Source: Candidatus Omnitrophota bacterium (GTDB taxonomy: Bacteria > Omnitrophota > Gorgyraeia > Velamenicoccales > JABMQK01). Taken from it: DNA of 64,000 bases. The stretch is taken from positions 774,032 to 838,031 of the forward strand of contig JAQTSV010000001.1 of the NCBI GenBank assembly GCA_028711115.1. The letters are read 5' to 3'. Below the pieces are notes generated by a model that searched no databases, was not told the DNA's origin, and saw only the letters and a list, made by a program, of their open reading frames with translations. This document shows, in pieces, positions 36,105 through 46,961 of this stretch; the first letter of the stretch is position 1; every line of letters starts with the position of its first letter. Both the position numbers and the translations under genes were made by a program.

Positions 36105-37703
36105 TTAATATTCTTTCTCGTGAGCCAGGGTCATATCCAAGAAAGTTCTCAGTTTCCTTGAGCGGGTAGGATGTTTTAGCTTGCGCAGGGCCTTGGCTTC
36201 GATTTGGCGCACACGTTCACGAGTTACCTTAAAGACATTGCCAACTTCTTCCAAGGTTTTAGGAGAACCATCTGCAATCCCAAAGCGTAATAGCAATATT
36301 TCTTTTTCCCTGTCTCTAAGCGTATCGAGAATAGACATTATTTCGTCTTTAAGCATAGAATGAACAGTCGCGTTCGCCGGAGATATCGCCTTTTTATCCT
36401 CGATAAAATCTCCAAAGTGGGTGTCGCCTTCATCTCCGATAGGTGTTTGTAGAGAAATCGGTTCCTGGGCAATCTTCAATATACTTTTTATTTTGTCCTG
36501 CGGGATACGCATAGATTTGGCTATTTCTTCAGGGCTGGGTTCTCTTCCGTATTCCTGCACGTATATTCTTGAGACGCGGATAATCTTATTTATGGTTTCC
36601 GTCATGTGCACCGGAATTCTAATCGTGCGTGATTGGTCTGCGATGGAACGAGTAATGGCCTGCCTTATCCACCAGGTGGCATATGTAGAGAACTTATAAC
36701 CGCGTTTATATTCAAACTTTTCTACGGCGCGCATTAATCCCATGTTTCCTTCCTGGATTAAATCAAGAAATGACAGTCCGCGATTAGTATATTTTTTCGC
36801 GATACTTACTACGAGTCTTAAATTTGCTTCAACCAGCGTCTTTTTTGCTTTGGTAAAGTGAGATTGCCTGATTTTTATAATCTTTAACTGTTCTCTTAAC
36901 TTGTTATACGGGGCAATTATCTTTCTAAATAGTTTATTCTTTCTTTGAATTAACTTTTTTATCTGACCGCGTACGCGTTTAGTCTTGAGTTTTTTTACTT
37001 CTTTGTCGATACGATCTATTTCTTTTAAGATATTCGATAGTTCGCTGACGATATTCTCAATTACCGTCGTAGAAAGGTTTAGGTCTATAAGAATGGCGGA
37101 AATTTTCTGATCGTCGTGTATACGTTTTAATTTTTTTAACAAACCGGAAAATTTTCTTATTTCTTGGTTTCTTTTTACCTGGATATCTTCTTTTACCACG
37201 TCTTCTATGTTAACCTTTTTGTCAATTATATTCTGAATAGTTTTTATAACTTCACTTCTTACGAATTTTGTAGCCAATGCCACTTGCCTGAATTTTTCTT
37301 CGGTCTCTTCGATTTTCTTGGCCAGCCTTATTTCGTCTTCTCTGGATAAAAGAGAAATTCTGCCCATTTGTTTAAGATACATTTTTACAGGGTCATCCAG
37401 AGGTATCAGCTTATCTTTTGTCACAGGAACTTCTAATTCTGCAGAATCCGAGGATTCCATGGCATCTGAGGTGTCCATCTTGTCAGCTTCTTCTTTAAGC
37501 GATTGTTCCATGTGCTCAACTTCCGCAGTGTCTATTACCTGGATATCTTCGCTGTTTAGTAGCTCAAAGACCTGGTCGATTTCATCTCCGGAAATTAATT
37601 CTTCCGGCAGTATATCATTGACCTCGTCATAAGTAAGGTATCCTTTTTGTTTTCCGAGTGCCACTAATTTTTCTATGTCACTCTTAATTTCTATTTTTTT
37701 CAT
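36105..37703 (-). CDS. rpoD: RNA polymerase primary sigma factor
   Basis: 532 aa with region 1.1/1.2, region 2 ([12 protein letters not shown]), and regions 3 and 4 ([20 protein letters not shown]). Confidence 0.97.
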   Translation of the reverse strand: MKKIEIKSDIEKLVALGKQKGYLTYDEVNDILPEELISGDEIDQVFELLNSEDIQVIDTAEVEHMEQSLKEEADKMDTSDAMESSDSAELEVPVTKDKLIPLDDPVKMYLKQMGRISLLSREDEIRLAKKIEETEEKFRQVALATKFVRSEVIKTIQNIIDKKVNIEDVVKEDIQVKRNQEIRKFSGLLKKLKRIHDDQKISAILIDLNLSTTVIENIVSELSNILKEIDRIDKEVKKLKTKRVRGQIKKLIQRKNKLFRKIIAPYNKLREQLKIIKIRQSHFTKAKKTLVEANLRLVVSIAKKYTNRGLSFLDLIQEGNMGLMRAVEKFEYKRGYKFSTYATWWIRQAITRSIADQSRTIRIPVHMTETINKIIRVSRIYVQEYGREPSPEEIAKSMRIPQDKIKSILKIAQEPISLQTPIGDEGDTHFGDFIEDKKAISPANATVHSMLKDEIMSILDTLRDREKEILLLRFGIADGSPKTLEEVGNVFKVTRERVRQIEAKALRKLKHPTRSRKLRTFLDMTLAHEKEY

Positions 37704-39480
37704 TAAGCCTACCTCTTTTTTTATTCAGCGTATTGAGTTCTTCTTTTAGTTTGTTTATGCCTTCATTGTCTTTTTGTGATTCGGCTTCCTGTATTTTTGT
37801 CTGAAGTATTTGGCATCGCATTTTAATGTTTCCATTTTTTATTTCTTTGATGCAGCCTTGCAGGATATTATCCCGGTTCACTGTCTCATAATTAAGGATT
37901 TCTTCGCTGGTTAATTCGGAAATAAGTTTTATGCAATTTTCATCATCGAGATAATTTATAATTTGATTTGGTTTAAGTTCTGAGTAAGAATCATATAGTT
38001 TAAACACCAGTGCTAATATTTTCTGCAACCTTTTATCCTGTAGATCGCCGGGCGAAATAGAACCTTTGACGCCATCCGTAATCTTCGTGTCTTCCAAAAT
38101 TAATTTAATCAGCATCCTTTCGTTTTTCGGATAGGTCTGGCTGATATTTTTTTCACTATCCCATGCTGTATTATCGGTAGTTTGGCTTGGTTTTATTTTG
38201 TTGAGTTCTTTAAGAAGCGAATCTTCATTGATAGATATTCTTTCCGCTAATAATTTAAGATACTCCGATTTCAGGACTTCATTTTTCATCCTTTTTATCA
38301 TAGAGAGCATTTCCAGGGCAATTTTAGTTTTTTCGCTGATTTTTTTCACATCATAGATATGCGTGACTACCTTTAGTTTATATTCAAAGATGTCCAAAGC
38401 GCTATCCACTAAATTCTTGAATTTTTCTATGCCGAATTTTCTTACGAACAGATCCGGATCGAACCCCTTGGGCAGATTCACTATTTTTACATTCATATCT
38501 TCGTCGAGAAATAGATACAGGCTTCTTAACGTGGCCAGTTGTCCGGCGGTATCCGCGTCATAAATTACCACCACGTTCTTGGTATATCTCTTTAACAATC
38601 TGATTTGTTCAATGGTTAAGGCTGTTCCGGAAGAACACACGATATTTGATAATCCTTCCTGCATGGGCGTTATGACGTCAAAGTAGCCTTCGGTGATTAT
38701 GCAATAGTCTTTTTCCCTTATCGCATCTTTGGCAAGATTTAAGCCAAACAGATTTCTGCCTTTTATATATATCGGTGTCTCGGGTGAATTTATATATTTA
38801 GGCGTGCTGTCGTCCAGTGCCCTTGCCCCGAAAGCAATGATTCTATTTTTTACGTCGAAGATGGGAATTACCAGTCTATTACGGAACCTGTCGTAAAATC
38901 CACCATTTTCCTTTGCGATAATCAAACCCGCCTTTTCGATTAATTTGATATTTATGGATTTAGCGCGAAGATAGTTTAATAAATTATCCCATTGATTGGG
39001 CGCCAGACCGATTTTAAATTTTTTTAGAGTATCTTCTTTGAGATTCCGCGATTTTAAATATTTATTTACTTCCGCATTAGGCTTGTTTATGAAATTATTC
39101 TGGTAAAAATCGCAGGCCAGTTCATTAATTCTATAAATTTCATTTGTATATGTTTTTTCTTGGTCGGTTTCTTTTTCTTCAAATTGAATAGCCACTCCCA
39201 CTCTCTTTGCCAAAGTTTCTACGGCCTCTCTGAAATTAAGATGTTCATATTTCATAAGGAAGCTTAGGGCATTGCCGCCTTCGCCGCAGCCAAAACAATG
39301 ATAGATTTGTTTTTCGGGGCTTACTATAAACGAAGGAGTTTTTTCGCTGTGGAACGGACAGGTAGACTGAAAATTCCTTCCTGTTTTTTTCAATGGGATA
39401 TAGGAAGAAATCAACTCTACAATATCACAGCGGTCCTGGATATCGTTTATAACCTCGGGTGGGATAGTTTTTGGCATCAA
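37684..39480 (-). CDS. dnaG: DNA primase
   Basis: 598 aa with the zinc finger [30 protein letters not shown] and a TOPRIM domain (EGYFDV, DADTAG). Confidence 0.97.
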   Translation of the reverse strand: MMPKTIPPEVINDIQDRCDIVELISSYIPLKKTGRNFQSTCPFHSEKTPSFIVSPEKQIYHCFGCGEGGNALSFLMKYEHLNFREAVETLAKRVGVAIQFEEKETDQEKTYTNEIYRINELACDFYQNNFINKPNAEVNKYLKSRNLKEDTLKKFKIGLAPNQWDNLLNYLRAKSINIKLIEKAGLIIAKENGGFYDRFRNRLVIPIFDVKNRIIAFGARALDDSTPKYINSPETPIYIKGRNLFGLNLAKDAIREKDYCIITEGYFDVITPMQEGLSNIVCSSGTALTIEQIRLLKRYTKNVVVIYDADTAGQLATLRSLYLFLDEDMNVKIVNLPKGFDPDLFVRKFGIEKFKNLVDSALDIFEYKLKVVTHIYDVKKISEKTKIALEMLSMIKRMKNEVLKSEYLKLLAERISINEDSLLKELNKIKPSQTTDNTAWDSEKNISQTYPKNERMLIKLILEDTKITDGVKGSISPGDLQDKRLQKILALVFKLYDSYSELKPNQIINYLDDENCIKLISELTSEEILNYETVNRDNILQGCIKEIKNGNIKMRCQILQTKIQEAESQKDNEGINKLKEELNTLNKKRGRLNEKNRN

Positions 39481-39512
39481 TAAATCTATTTTAAATTTTT
39501 AATTGACCTTGT

Positions 39513-40463
39513 TTATTTTCGTTCTATTCTTCTGAAACCAGAACAGGCAGTTATCTGGAGCTTCCCTCTTTGCTGAATTTTATCGAGCAGGAAATTCAGC
39601 CCCAGGCTGTCAGAGGCGATATGTCCGGCAATGATAATATTGATATGTTTTCCTTTTGCTTTTTGGAAGTGCTCTTCGCTTAAGTGCATGGCGATTATTG
39701 TGCCTATTCCAGCCTGGATGTAATTGTCAAATATTTCTTTATGCCCTTCGGTACCGCCGGTCATCTCTACAATAATTTTTCCGGCCTTGCGTTTTGTATC
39801 GCCCAATATTACTTTAGGCCCGGCCTTATCTTGTAAAGCCAGTTGATATTCAGGTATTTCTTTCAGGATAGTGATAATATCTTCCACGGTTTCCGGTTTC
39901 TTTTTATCCATTAAATTCTGTAGATAGCTTGAAGCAAAGTTATCAGCCACTGTATGCATGCACATAAAGGGTATGTCTAATAGTCTGGCCGCATCCACAG
40001 CCCTATTATGATTGGCGGCGTGAACTTTTCGCGCAACCTCATTCATTCTTTCCTGCAATAAATCTTCTCCCACGTTTATGGGAACGCCGAAGCGGGCCAA
40101 GATATCTGCCTGCATACCCATAACTTCATAAAAGCCGGCCCAGGCCACTCCTTCGGGATGGTGCGAAATACACAAATTTATATTATTTTTCTTAAGCCTG
40201 TCGATTAAAAGTAATTCTGCCGCATCTATATCAATACCCACGAGTGCACTCTTTATCTCTTTTTCTCCGTCTCCGTAAAGTATGCGGGTGTCAGGATAAG
40301 GATTATGCAGGCTCTCCATATCAAATTCTTTGCGTTTTTCTTTGCTTAAGGCTTCAAATGCGTCTTTTTTCTGTTTCAATTCTTTACCGACAGCGTCTTT
40401 CCCTCGGGGATCTTGTTTTATACCCTCTTCAACAGCAATTCTATAAATATCTTTTAGTTTCAT
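39513..40463 (-). CDS. NIF3 (NGG1p-interacting factor 3) family metal-binding protein
   Basis: 316 aa with ISHHPEG, CMHTVADN and IIAGHIASDS, which are histidine/aspartate metal-site-like motifs of the NIF3 fold. Confidence 0.6.
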   Translation of the reverse strand: MKLKDIYRIAVEEGIKQDPRGKDAVGKELKQKKDAFEALSKEKRKEFDMESLHNPYPDTRILYGDGEKEIKSALVGIDIDAAELLLIDRLKKNNINLCISHHPEGVAWAGFYEVMGMQADILARFGVPINVGEDLLQERMNEVARKVHAANHNRAVDAARLLDIPFMCMHTVADNFASSYLQNLMDKKKPETVEDIITILKEIPEYQLALQDKAGPKVILGDTKRKAGKIIVEMTGGTEGHKEIFDNYIQAGIGTIIAMHLSEEHFQKAKGKHINIIIAGHIASDSLGLNFLLDKIQQRGKLQITACSGFRRIERK

Positions 40464-40523
40464 TACCCCTCCCGGATTTTAAAATATCGATAATAAAATA
40501 ACGAAGAGCTGAAAAATATGGCT

Positions 40524-41102
40524 TTATTCTTTTTCTGCTTTTACTTCCAAAACTTTGATTACTTCCTGATTTAAGCTTTGGTCTGGAAAGATTTTAGCCA
40601 CGATGCCGTTAAAGATAGCTTCGTAAGTCTTTATTTGAAACTGTAGGATTCTTGGCCCAAGAAAAGATGTCCTGGCGCTCAATTCAAAATAGTGGACAGT
40701 AGAAATTAATAATCCGAATATAATCAGGCCGCTAATCAATATCCCTCTTATAAATCCCACTATGAGGCCGGAATATTTGCTTACTGCGCTTACGGTCTCT
40801 GTTTTTATGAAAACAAAAAATCCTTCCCTCAGCATTCTAAATATTATAGTTATTATAAAGATTAATACGGCGTAGTTGAATATTAATGCAGCTTCTAAGG
40901 GCAAAGCCGGAAGTTTGCTGCTGATAAACTCGCCGAGGGAATAGTAAAAATGAAAAGCCACGAAGGTACAGAAACAAATATTTATGAACTTGAATATCTC
41001 TGTGCCCAGGCCTCTTTTTAGGCCTATAAAGCACATGCGCAATACGCAAATTATGATTAAAATATCTATCCAGTTAAATTGTGATATGTATGGATAAAGC
41101 AT
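40524..41102 (-). CDS. cvpA: CvpA family membrane protein
   Basis: FNWIDILIIICVLRMCFIGLKRGL is a typical CvpA N-terminus, and there are 4 TM helices. I moved the start to ATG 41102 because the track's ATG 41153 lies inside the predicted promoter spacer. Confidence 0.75.
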   Translation of the reverse strand: MLYPYISQFNWIDILIIICVLRMCFIGLKRGLGTEIFKFINICFCTFVAFHFYYSLGEFISSKLPALPLEAALIFNYAVLIFIITIIFRMLREGFFVFIKTETVSAVSKYSGLIVGFIRGILISGLIIFGLLISTVHYFELSARTSFLGPRILQFQIKTYEAIFNGIVAKIFPDQSLNQEVIKVLEVKAEKE

Positions 41103-41143
41103 TGATTTTAAAATAGTTATGAATTTGTTAAAAAATCTATGAA

Positions 41144-41172
41144 AGTATAACATATTATTTATGGGATGTCAA
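41144..41172 (-). promoter_or_regulatory. sigma70-like promoter for cvpA
   Basis: The minus strand reads TTGACA-17 nt-TATACT. Confidence 0.55.
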
Positions 41173-41219
41173 GGTAGCGCTTTCTTTTTTGTGCTTTATT
41201 CAATTTACCCTTTATTAGC

Positions 41220-41248
41220 TTGACACTTAGTCTTTATTATGATAATTT
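41220..41248 (+). promoter_or_regulatory. sigma70-like extended -10 promoter for the GGDEF gene
   Basis: The plus strand reads TTGACA-17 nt (ending TGa)-TAATTT. The -10 ends 8 nt before ATG 41257. Confidence 0.5.
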
Positions 41249-41256
41249 TAGTCGTT

Positions 41257-42429
41257 ATGCAAGAAAAGGATAATTTATTATCAGAGGAATTGAATAAGGC
41301 GCGGGCGGAATTGTCCATTTTGTATGAAATCTCCAATGCCATGCATACGACTTTGAAGCTGGATGAGATTCTCTATATCATTCTTACCGGAGTAACTGCC
41401 CATATCGGCCTTAGCTTTAACAGGGCTATTCTCTTTTTGGTCAATAAAGATACGGGTATGCTCGAAGGCAAAATGGGAATCGGTCCTGATACAGCAGAAG
41501 CTGCAGATTCCATATGGAAACGCATAGATACACAGAGAATGAAGTTGGAAGATTTGATAAGTTCATTCTCCAAAGATAAATTGGATAGTTCTAAATTAAA
41601 CTTTTTGGTTAAATCCATATCAGTCCCCTGCATCGAAGAAAAAGGCGGGATACTTGCCGTGGCTTTGAACGACGGCATGAGTCTGCATATTGCCAAGGAC
41701 AAGATAGCTACCTTAAAGGACGATCCTGCATTGAAATTATTTAATTCTGATGAATTTGTGGTTGTGCCACTCCAGGCTAAAAATAACGTAATAGGTTTAA
41801 TTGTAGCGGATAATTTTGTAACACGTAAGCCTATAACAAAGGATGATATCCGTATGCTTACTATGTTCGCCAACCAGGCAGGATTGGCTATCGAGAGTTC
41901 CCAGCTTTATGAACAGACGCTTATCCGCGCTCATACAGATGCGCTTACTGGTTTATGGAACCATGGGTATTTCCAGCATAAGTTAGAACAACTGCTCGAA
42001 AAGGCAAAGGAAGAAACAAGCTACTTAAGTTTAATCTTCGTAGATATAGATGATTTCAAGATTTTTAATGATACTTGCGGGCATCAGAAAGGCGACGAAA
42101 TATTAGTGCAGATCGCCGGTCTGTTTAAAGAGGTATCGCGGAAATTTGATTATTTGTGTCGCTACGGAGGTGAAGAATTCGCCTTAATATTACCCAATAC
42201 CAATCTCAAGGATGCAATGGCTATCGCCGAGAGAATCCGCGTTGTGATAAATAATCGTCATTTTGATTCCGGAGCCGGACATCCGCCGCAAAATATAGCC
42301 TGCAGTCTGGGCGTGGCTACATTTCCTCTTCATGCACGCAATAAAGCTGAACTCATCAAGGCAGCTGATAAGGCGTTATATGAGGCAAAGCATAAAGGCA
42401 AGAATAATGTCGTAAGTTTTTCTTATTGA
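41257..42429 (+). CDS. GAF-domain diguanylate cyclase (GGDEF)
   Basis: N-terminal GAF domain, then DALTGLWNH, DIDDFKIFNDTCGHQKGD and an RYGGEEFALIL active site. An RxxD I-site-like motif is not obvious. The alternative start 41239 overlaps the -10 element. Confidence 0.9.
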   Translation: MQEKDNLLSEELNKARAELSILYEISNAMHTTLKLDEILYIILTGVTAHIGLSFNRAILFLVNKDTGMLEGKMGIGPDTAEAADSIWKRIDTQRMKLEDLISSFSKDKLDSSKLNFLVKSISVPCIEEKGGILAVALNDGMSLHIAKDKIATLKDDPALKLFNSDEFVVVPLQAKNNVIGLIVADNFVTRKPITKDDIRMLTMFANQAGLAIESSQLYEQTLIRAHTDALTGLWNHGYFQHKLEQLLEKAKEETSYLSLIFVDIDDFKIFNDTCGHQKGDEILVQIAGLFKEVSRKFDYLCRYGGEEFALILPNTNLKDAMAIAERIRVVINNRHFDSGAGHPPQNIACSLGVATFPLHARNKAELIKAADKALYEAKHKGKNNVVSFSY

Positions 42430-42446
42430 TATCCCGCCTATTTCTT

Positions 42447-42472
42447 AGTAAATCAATTCAGTAAATCAATTC
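42447..42472. repeat. perfect tandem duplication 2 x 13 nt (AGTAAATCAATTC)
   Basis: Read directly in the 52-nt convergent spacer between the GGDEF and smc stops. Confidence 0.9.
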
Positions 42473-42481
42473 TGAGAAGTT

Positions 42482-45400
42482 TTAATTTGTTTCTGCGGCT
42501 GATACGGCAGATTTGTCGTCGGTGGAAGGTTTGTTATTTTTGGCAGGTTTATCTTCGTTAGCTTTTTCTTGTTTGTTATTTTCACTTAATTTTACCGATA
42601 CTATCTTGGAAATTCCCGACTGCTCCATAGTTATACCGTACATTACGTCTGCATGGACGATTGTCTTTTTGTTGTGTGTAATTACGATAAACTGAGATAT
42701 TTTTGCAAAATCTTTTAACATTCTGCTGAATCTGTCTACGTTTAATTCATCCAGCGCGGCGTCCATTTCGTCCAAAACGCAGAACGGCGCGGGTTTTGTT
42801 TTGAATATGGCAAAGATTAAGGCAATGGCAGACAGTGATTTTTCACCGCCCGATAAAAGCAGTATATTCTGCAGTTTCTTTCCCGGCGGCCGGCAGATGA
42901 TTTCGATGCCGGATTCTAATACGTTTTCTTCATCGATAAGAAATAATTCTGCGTCTCCGCCGCCAAAAAGCAGCCGGAAATAATTTTTAAATTCCCTGGC
43001 CACTTCCTGGAATGTATCCAGAAACATTTTTCTTGTGGTGCGGTTGATTTTTCTGATTGCTTCGTTTAATGATTCTTTGGCGTTATTTAAATCTTTTTGT
43101 TGCTGGTCCAGGAAATCATGCCTTTGCTTTAGTTCTTCCAGCTCTTCAATTGCCACCAGGTTTACTGTCCCGAAGCCGTCGATTTTCTTGCGCAGCTCGT
43201 CTATCTCCTGCCTGGATGTTTCTTTATCGATTTCTATAGGTTCAGCCGGCTGCGCTGCCTCATCAATATTAAATTGATAAAGCTGCGACATTCTTTCTTT
43301 TATTTGGTTTAATTTAAATGAACTTTCCTGTATACCTAATTGGTATTTGTGGAGATTTTCTTTATCTTCGGTAATTTCAGAATTCTGCCTATATTCTTCT
43401 TCTTTAAGCTGTTTAAGAATATTTTCCTTTTCAGCCAGCCCTTGATTTTTTGTTTTCAAGTGTGTATGTATTTGTTCGGTTTTATTCTTCAGGCTTTCTA
43501 TTTCAGACGCAAGGTTGACGGATTCCTGTTTTAATTGAGATATCTTTATTTCAGAGTTAGATTTTTCCGTTTCTTGTTCTTTGAAGGCCTCATTTTCCGC
43601 TGAAAGAGTTTTTTCCAGCATTGAGAAGGTTGTGGAGAGATCATTTTCCTTCGTTTTTACAGAGTTTAATTCGGTTTTAATCTGGGTTATTTCCAATAGA
43701 TGCGATTCACGCAGCTTGCTATTCGTCGAGATTTCGGATTGCGAGGCATTGATTATATTTTCCTGGTCTATGGTTTCTTGATTTAAGCCGTCCAGTTCTT
43801 TCTGCAATTGTGTTTTTCTGCTGATTATCTTTTGGATATTTTCCTCGACGTCTTTTTGCTCAAATTGCAATAACGATAATTCATCGGATATCTTTTCATA
43901 ATTTGTCTGGCAATTTTTAAATACGGCTTCTTTATCAGCGAGGGCAATCTGCTCTTTTTGCATATCAAATTCCAATACCTCTATTTCCTGTTCTAATTGC
44001 CGTGCTTGGTCCTTTTGTGAATTGAGGACATTGGTTTTTTCTTGTATCTGCGAACCGATTTGATTTATTCTTTCATCTATGAGCCTGATATCCAGAGAGA
44101 ATAATTTTGCTTCGCAGACTATGCGGTAGGTCTTATTCGCTTTATCGAAATAGACAGATTTGGCCTTGGCAATAATTCCTGAAATCTCGCTTTCATTGAC
44201 TTCTTCTATGTCTTTCAGGATTAGTTCAGCTTCTTTTGCCGAAGGCATATCGTCATATTTAAGCTTTAGTTTCTGCAGAAATTCTTTTTGTGATTCCAGG
44301 CTGATTTTTGTTTCGTTCAATTTGTCTATCTGTTCTTCAATATTCTTAATTTCTGTATTCTTGTTATCAAAGTTAGTTTTTAAAGAATCGACCTTATTTT
44401 TTATGCTCTGAAAATTGGCTTTAAATTTTTCTACCTGTTCTTTTATAGAGTTTAGTTCTTGTTGGCTGGAGTCACTTTCTTGTTTTGTCTTCAATAATTC
44501 CGTGGCTAATCGCTGTTTTCTTGAGTTTAGGCCATTAAGGGAACTGGAGATGTCGATGGATTCGTTATTTGCTTTTGTTTTCAGGGAGGCTATCTCAAAA
44601 CTTTTGGCGTTTGCCTGTTTTATTTTTTCCTGTGCCTCACGAATCAATCTTTCGAATTCTTTGAATTTTGAATCCTTTTCTTTTAAGACGTTGTCTTTCT
44701 GCAGACATTCTTCTTTTATTTTTGTAAGGTCTAAATTGATTTTTGCTAAATTTTCTTTTGTGCGTTCAATGCGCAGGTTCAGGCTATTCTTCTGGGTTTC
44801 GATAATCTCTAATCTTTTATTCAGTTCTGAAATTCTCTCGTCGTTAATTTTTATATGCTGGGTTTTTGTTTCAATCAGATTTTTGCTGTTGATTAAATCA
44901 TTATTTAAATTTATGATTTCCTGGTTTAGGTTTTCTATTTCGTCCTGATGCAGGTATATTTTTTTGCTGAGTTCATTCAGGTTAGCGCTGAATTGAGCTA
45001 TTTTTTCTTTGAGTTTCGTTTCGGTGTCTTTAATATTATTGCATTCTAGGGTGATTGTGTTGATTTCAGACTGAGCCAGTTTTATTTCCAGCTCTTTTAA
45101 TTTATCAAATACTTCTTTGTAACGCCGAGCCTTACTTGCCTGTCTTTCAATGGAACCAATCTGCCTTTTTACCTCAACGATAATATCGTTTACACGCAGG
45201 AGGTTATTTTCTGTTTCCTCCAGTTTTCTCAGTGCCTCTTTCTTTTTGGCTTTATATTTGCTGACGCCGGTTGCCTCATCAAAGACCAGGCGCCTGTCTT
45301 CCGGTTTTGCACTGAGCACAAGGTCAATCTTTCCCTGCTCTACCAGAGAGTAAGATTCTGCGCCTATGCCGGTGCCCATAAGAAGTTCGTTTATATCTTT

Positions 45401-45763
45401 AAGCCGTACGGGATTATTGTTTAACAGGTATTCGCTTTCGCCTGAGCGATACAGGCGGCGTGTGACAGTTACTTCCTGATAATCTATGGGCAGGATATTC
45501 GCTTCATTGGATAGCGTCAGCGATACTTCGGCAAAACCCAGGGCAGGAATTTTCTCTGTGCCGTTGAATATTACATCTTCCATTTTTGAGCCGCGCAGCG
45601 ACTTTATAGATTGTTCTCCCAGCACCCAGCGGATAGAATCAAATATGTTACTCTTTCCGCAGCCATTGGGACCGACGATAGCGGTTATGCCCGGTTCAAA
45701 ACGCAGCAGGGTTTTTTCTGCGAAGGATTTAAAACCGATGATTTCTAAGCTCTTAAAATACAT
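42482..45763 (-). CDS. smc: chromosome segregation protein SMC
   Basis: 1093 aa with GPNGCGKSN, long coiled coils, a hinge, LSGGEKSLSAIAL and LDEMDAALD. Confidence 0.97.
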   Translation of the reverse strand: MYFKSLEIIGFKSFAEKTLLRFEPGITAIVGPNGCGKSNIFDSIRWVLGEQSIKSLRGSKMEDVIFNGTEKIPALGFAEVSLTLSNEANILPIDYQEVTVTRRLYRSGESEYLLNNNPVRLKDINELLMGTGIGAESYSLVEQGKIDLVLSAKPEDRRLVFDEATGVSKYKAKKKEALRKLEETENNLLRVNDIIVEVKRQIGSIERQASKARRYKEVFDKLKELEIKLAQSEINTITLECNNIKDTETKLKEKIAQFSANLNELSKKIYLHQDEIENLNQEIINLNNDLINSKNLIETKTQHIKINDERISELNKRLEIIETQKNSLNLRIERTKENLAKINLDLTKIKEECLQKDNVLKEKDSKFKEFERLIREAQEKIKQANAKSFEIASLKTKANNESIDISSSLNGLNSRKQRLATELLKTKQESDSSQQELNSIKEQVEKFKANFQSIKNKVDSLKTNFDNKNTEIKNIEEQIDKLNETKISLESQKEFLQKLKLKYDDMPSAKEAELILKDIEEVNESEISGIIAKAKSVYFDKANKTYRIVCEAKLFSLDIRLIDERINQIGSQIQEKTNVLNSQKDQARQLEQEIEVLEFDMQKEQIALADKEAVFKNCQTNYEKISDELSLLQFEQKDVEENIQKIISRKTQLQKELDGLNQETIDQENIINASQSEISTNSKLRESHLLEITQIKTELNSVKTKENDLSTTFSMLEKTLSAENEAFKEQETEKSNSEIKISQLKQESVNLASEIESLKNKTEQIHTHLKTKNQGLAEKENILKQLKEEEYRQNSEITEDKENLHKYQLGIQESSFKLNQIKERMSQLYQFNIDEAAQPAEPIEIDKETSRQEIDELRKKIDGFGTVNLVAIEELEELKQRHDFLDQQQKDLNNAKESLNEAIRKINRTTRKMFLDTFQEVAREFKNYFRLLFGGGDAELFLIDEENVLESGIEIICRPPGKKLQNILLLSGGEKSLSAIALIFAIFKTKPAPFCVLDEMDAALDELNVDRFSRMLKDFAKISQFIVITHNKKTIVHADVMYGITMEQSGISKIVSVKLSENNKQEKANEDKPAKNNKPSTDDKSAVSAAETN

Positions 45764-46960
45764 TTATTTTCTAATTTTTTCTTTAAATTTTTTGGTTAAA
45801 AGCGGCACGACCTGGAATAAATCCCCTACAATGCCATAGTTGGCGACATTAAATATGGGCGCATGGGCGTCTTGGTTTATGGCGATTATTGTCTTCGAGG
45901 ATTGCATTCCTACTAAATGCTGAATCTGACCGGATATTCCGCAGGCAATATAAATTTTAGGGCAGACTGTTTTACCTGTTTGGCCGACTTGGTGAGAATA
46001 CGGCATCCAGCCGCTGTCAACTGCTGCACGCGATGCACCCACAGCGCCGTCTAATGCCTTGGCCAATTCTTCCAAAATGGCAAAATTTTCCGGGTTTTTC
46101 ATTCCTCTTCCGCCGGAAACAATTATATCCGCCTCGGTGAGGTTGACCGTAGAGCTTACTTCTTCCACTATGTCCAAGATTTTTGTCCTGGAAGTAAAAA
46201 ATGCGGGTGCGAAACTTTCCTCAATTATTTTTCCCTGCCTTGTGGTATCAATTTCGTTTTCCTTCATTACTTTATGACGTACTGTGGACATCTGGGGCCT
46301 GTGGTTTTTTGTGATAATTGTAGCCATGATATTTCCGCCAAATGCAGGCCTGGTTTGGAGCAGAATTTTTTCCTGGGGCTCTATATCAAGCCCTGTGCAA
46401 TCTGCTGTAAGGCCGGCGTGTAATTTTACAGCCACACGCGATATCAATGCCCTTCCTATGGAAGTAGCTCCGCAGAGGACAATCTCCGGCCTGTATTTTC
46501 TGATTAGATTAACTAAAATCTTTGTATACGGCTCGTCGAGAAAATTGGACAAGTCAGGCGCATCCACTACATACACATTATCCGCACCGCGATATATTAA
46601 TTCTTGCGCCTTGGTTTTAATATTGCTTCCTAATATCACGCAGGACAATTGTGTGTGAAGTTTATGCGCAAGCTCTTTACCTTTTCCCAGCAGTTCATAG
46701 ACTACCGGCTGGATAATTCCTTTTTTCTGTTCACCGAATACCCATACGCCGTCATATTGTTCTATATTTTCTGTTTTGGTAAATTCCCTTTTAAATTCAA
46801 TAGCGTTAAATTTGCATGCTTCTACGCAGGCACTGCAAAGCGTGCATTTATCCAGATCAATCACCGCTTTTTTATCTACCATGGTGATGGCCTGAAAAGG
46901 ACATACCGCCACGCAGATTTTACAGCCTACGCATTTTTCGTTTATGATTTTAATACCCAT
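45764..46960 (-). CDS. etfA: electron transfer flavoprotein alpha subunit with N-terminal 2x[4Fe-4S] ferredoxin domain
   Basis: 398 aa with CVGCKICVAVCP and CTLCSACVEACK, followed by the EtfA FAD domain (GASRAAVDSGW..QVGQTGK..P.IYIACGISGQIQH). Confidence 0.9.
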   Translation of the reverse strand: MGIKIINEKCVGCKICVAVCPFQAITMVDKKAVIDLDKCTLCSACVEACKFNAIEFKREFTKTENIEQYDGVWVFGEQKKGIIQPVVYELLGKGKELAHKLHTQLSCVILGSNIKTKAQELIYRGADNVYVVDAPDLSNFLDEPYTKILVNLIRKYRPEIVLCGATSIGRALISRVAVKLHAGLTADCTGLDIEPQEKILLQTRPAFGGNIMATIITKNHRPQMSTVRHKVMKENEIDTTRQGKIIEESFAPAFFTSRTKILDIVEEVSSTVNLTEADIIVSGGRGMKNPENFAILEELAKALDGAVGASRAAVDSGWMPYSHQVGQTGKTVCPKIYIACGISGQIQHLVGMQSSKTIIAINQDAHAPIFNVANYGIVGDLFQVVPLLTKKFKEKIRK

Positions 46961-46961
46961 G

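Noticed and set aside
14829-39480. The expectation of the classical rpsU-dnaG-rpoD macromolecular synthesis operon.
   Set aside because: rpsU (14829-14993) is about 23 kb away from dnaG-rpoD (36105-39480) and heads a different operon, so no such operon can be called here.
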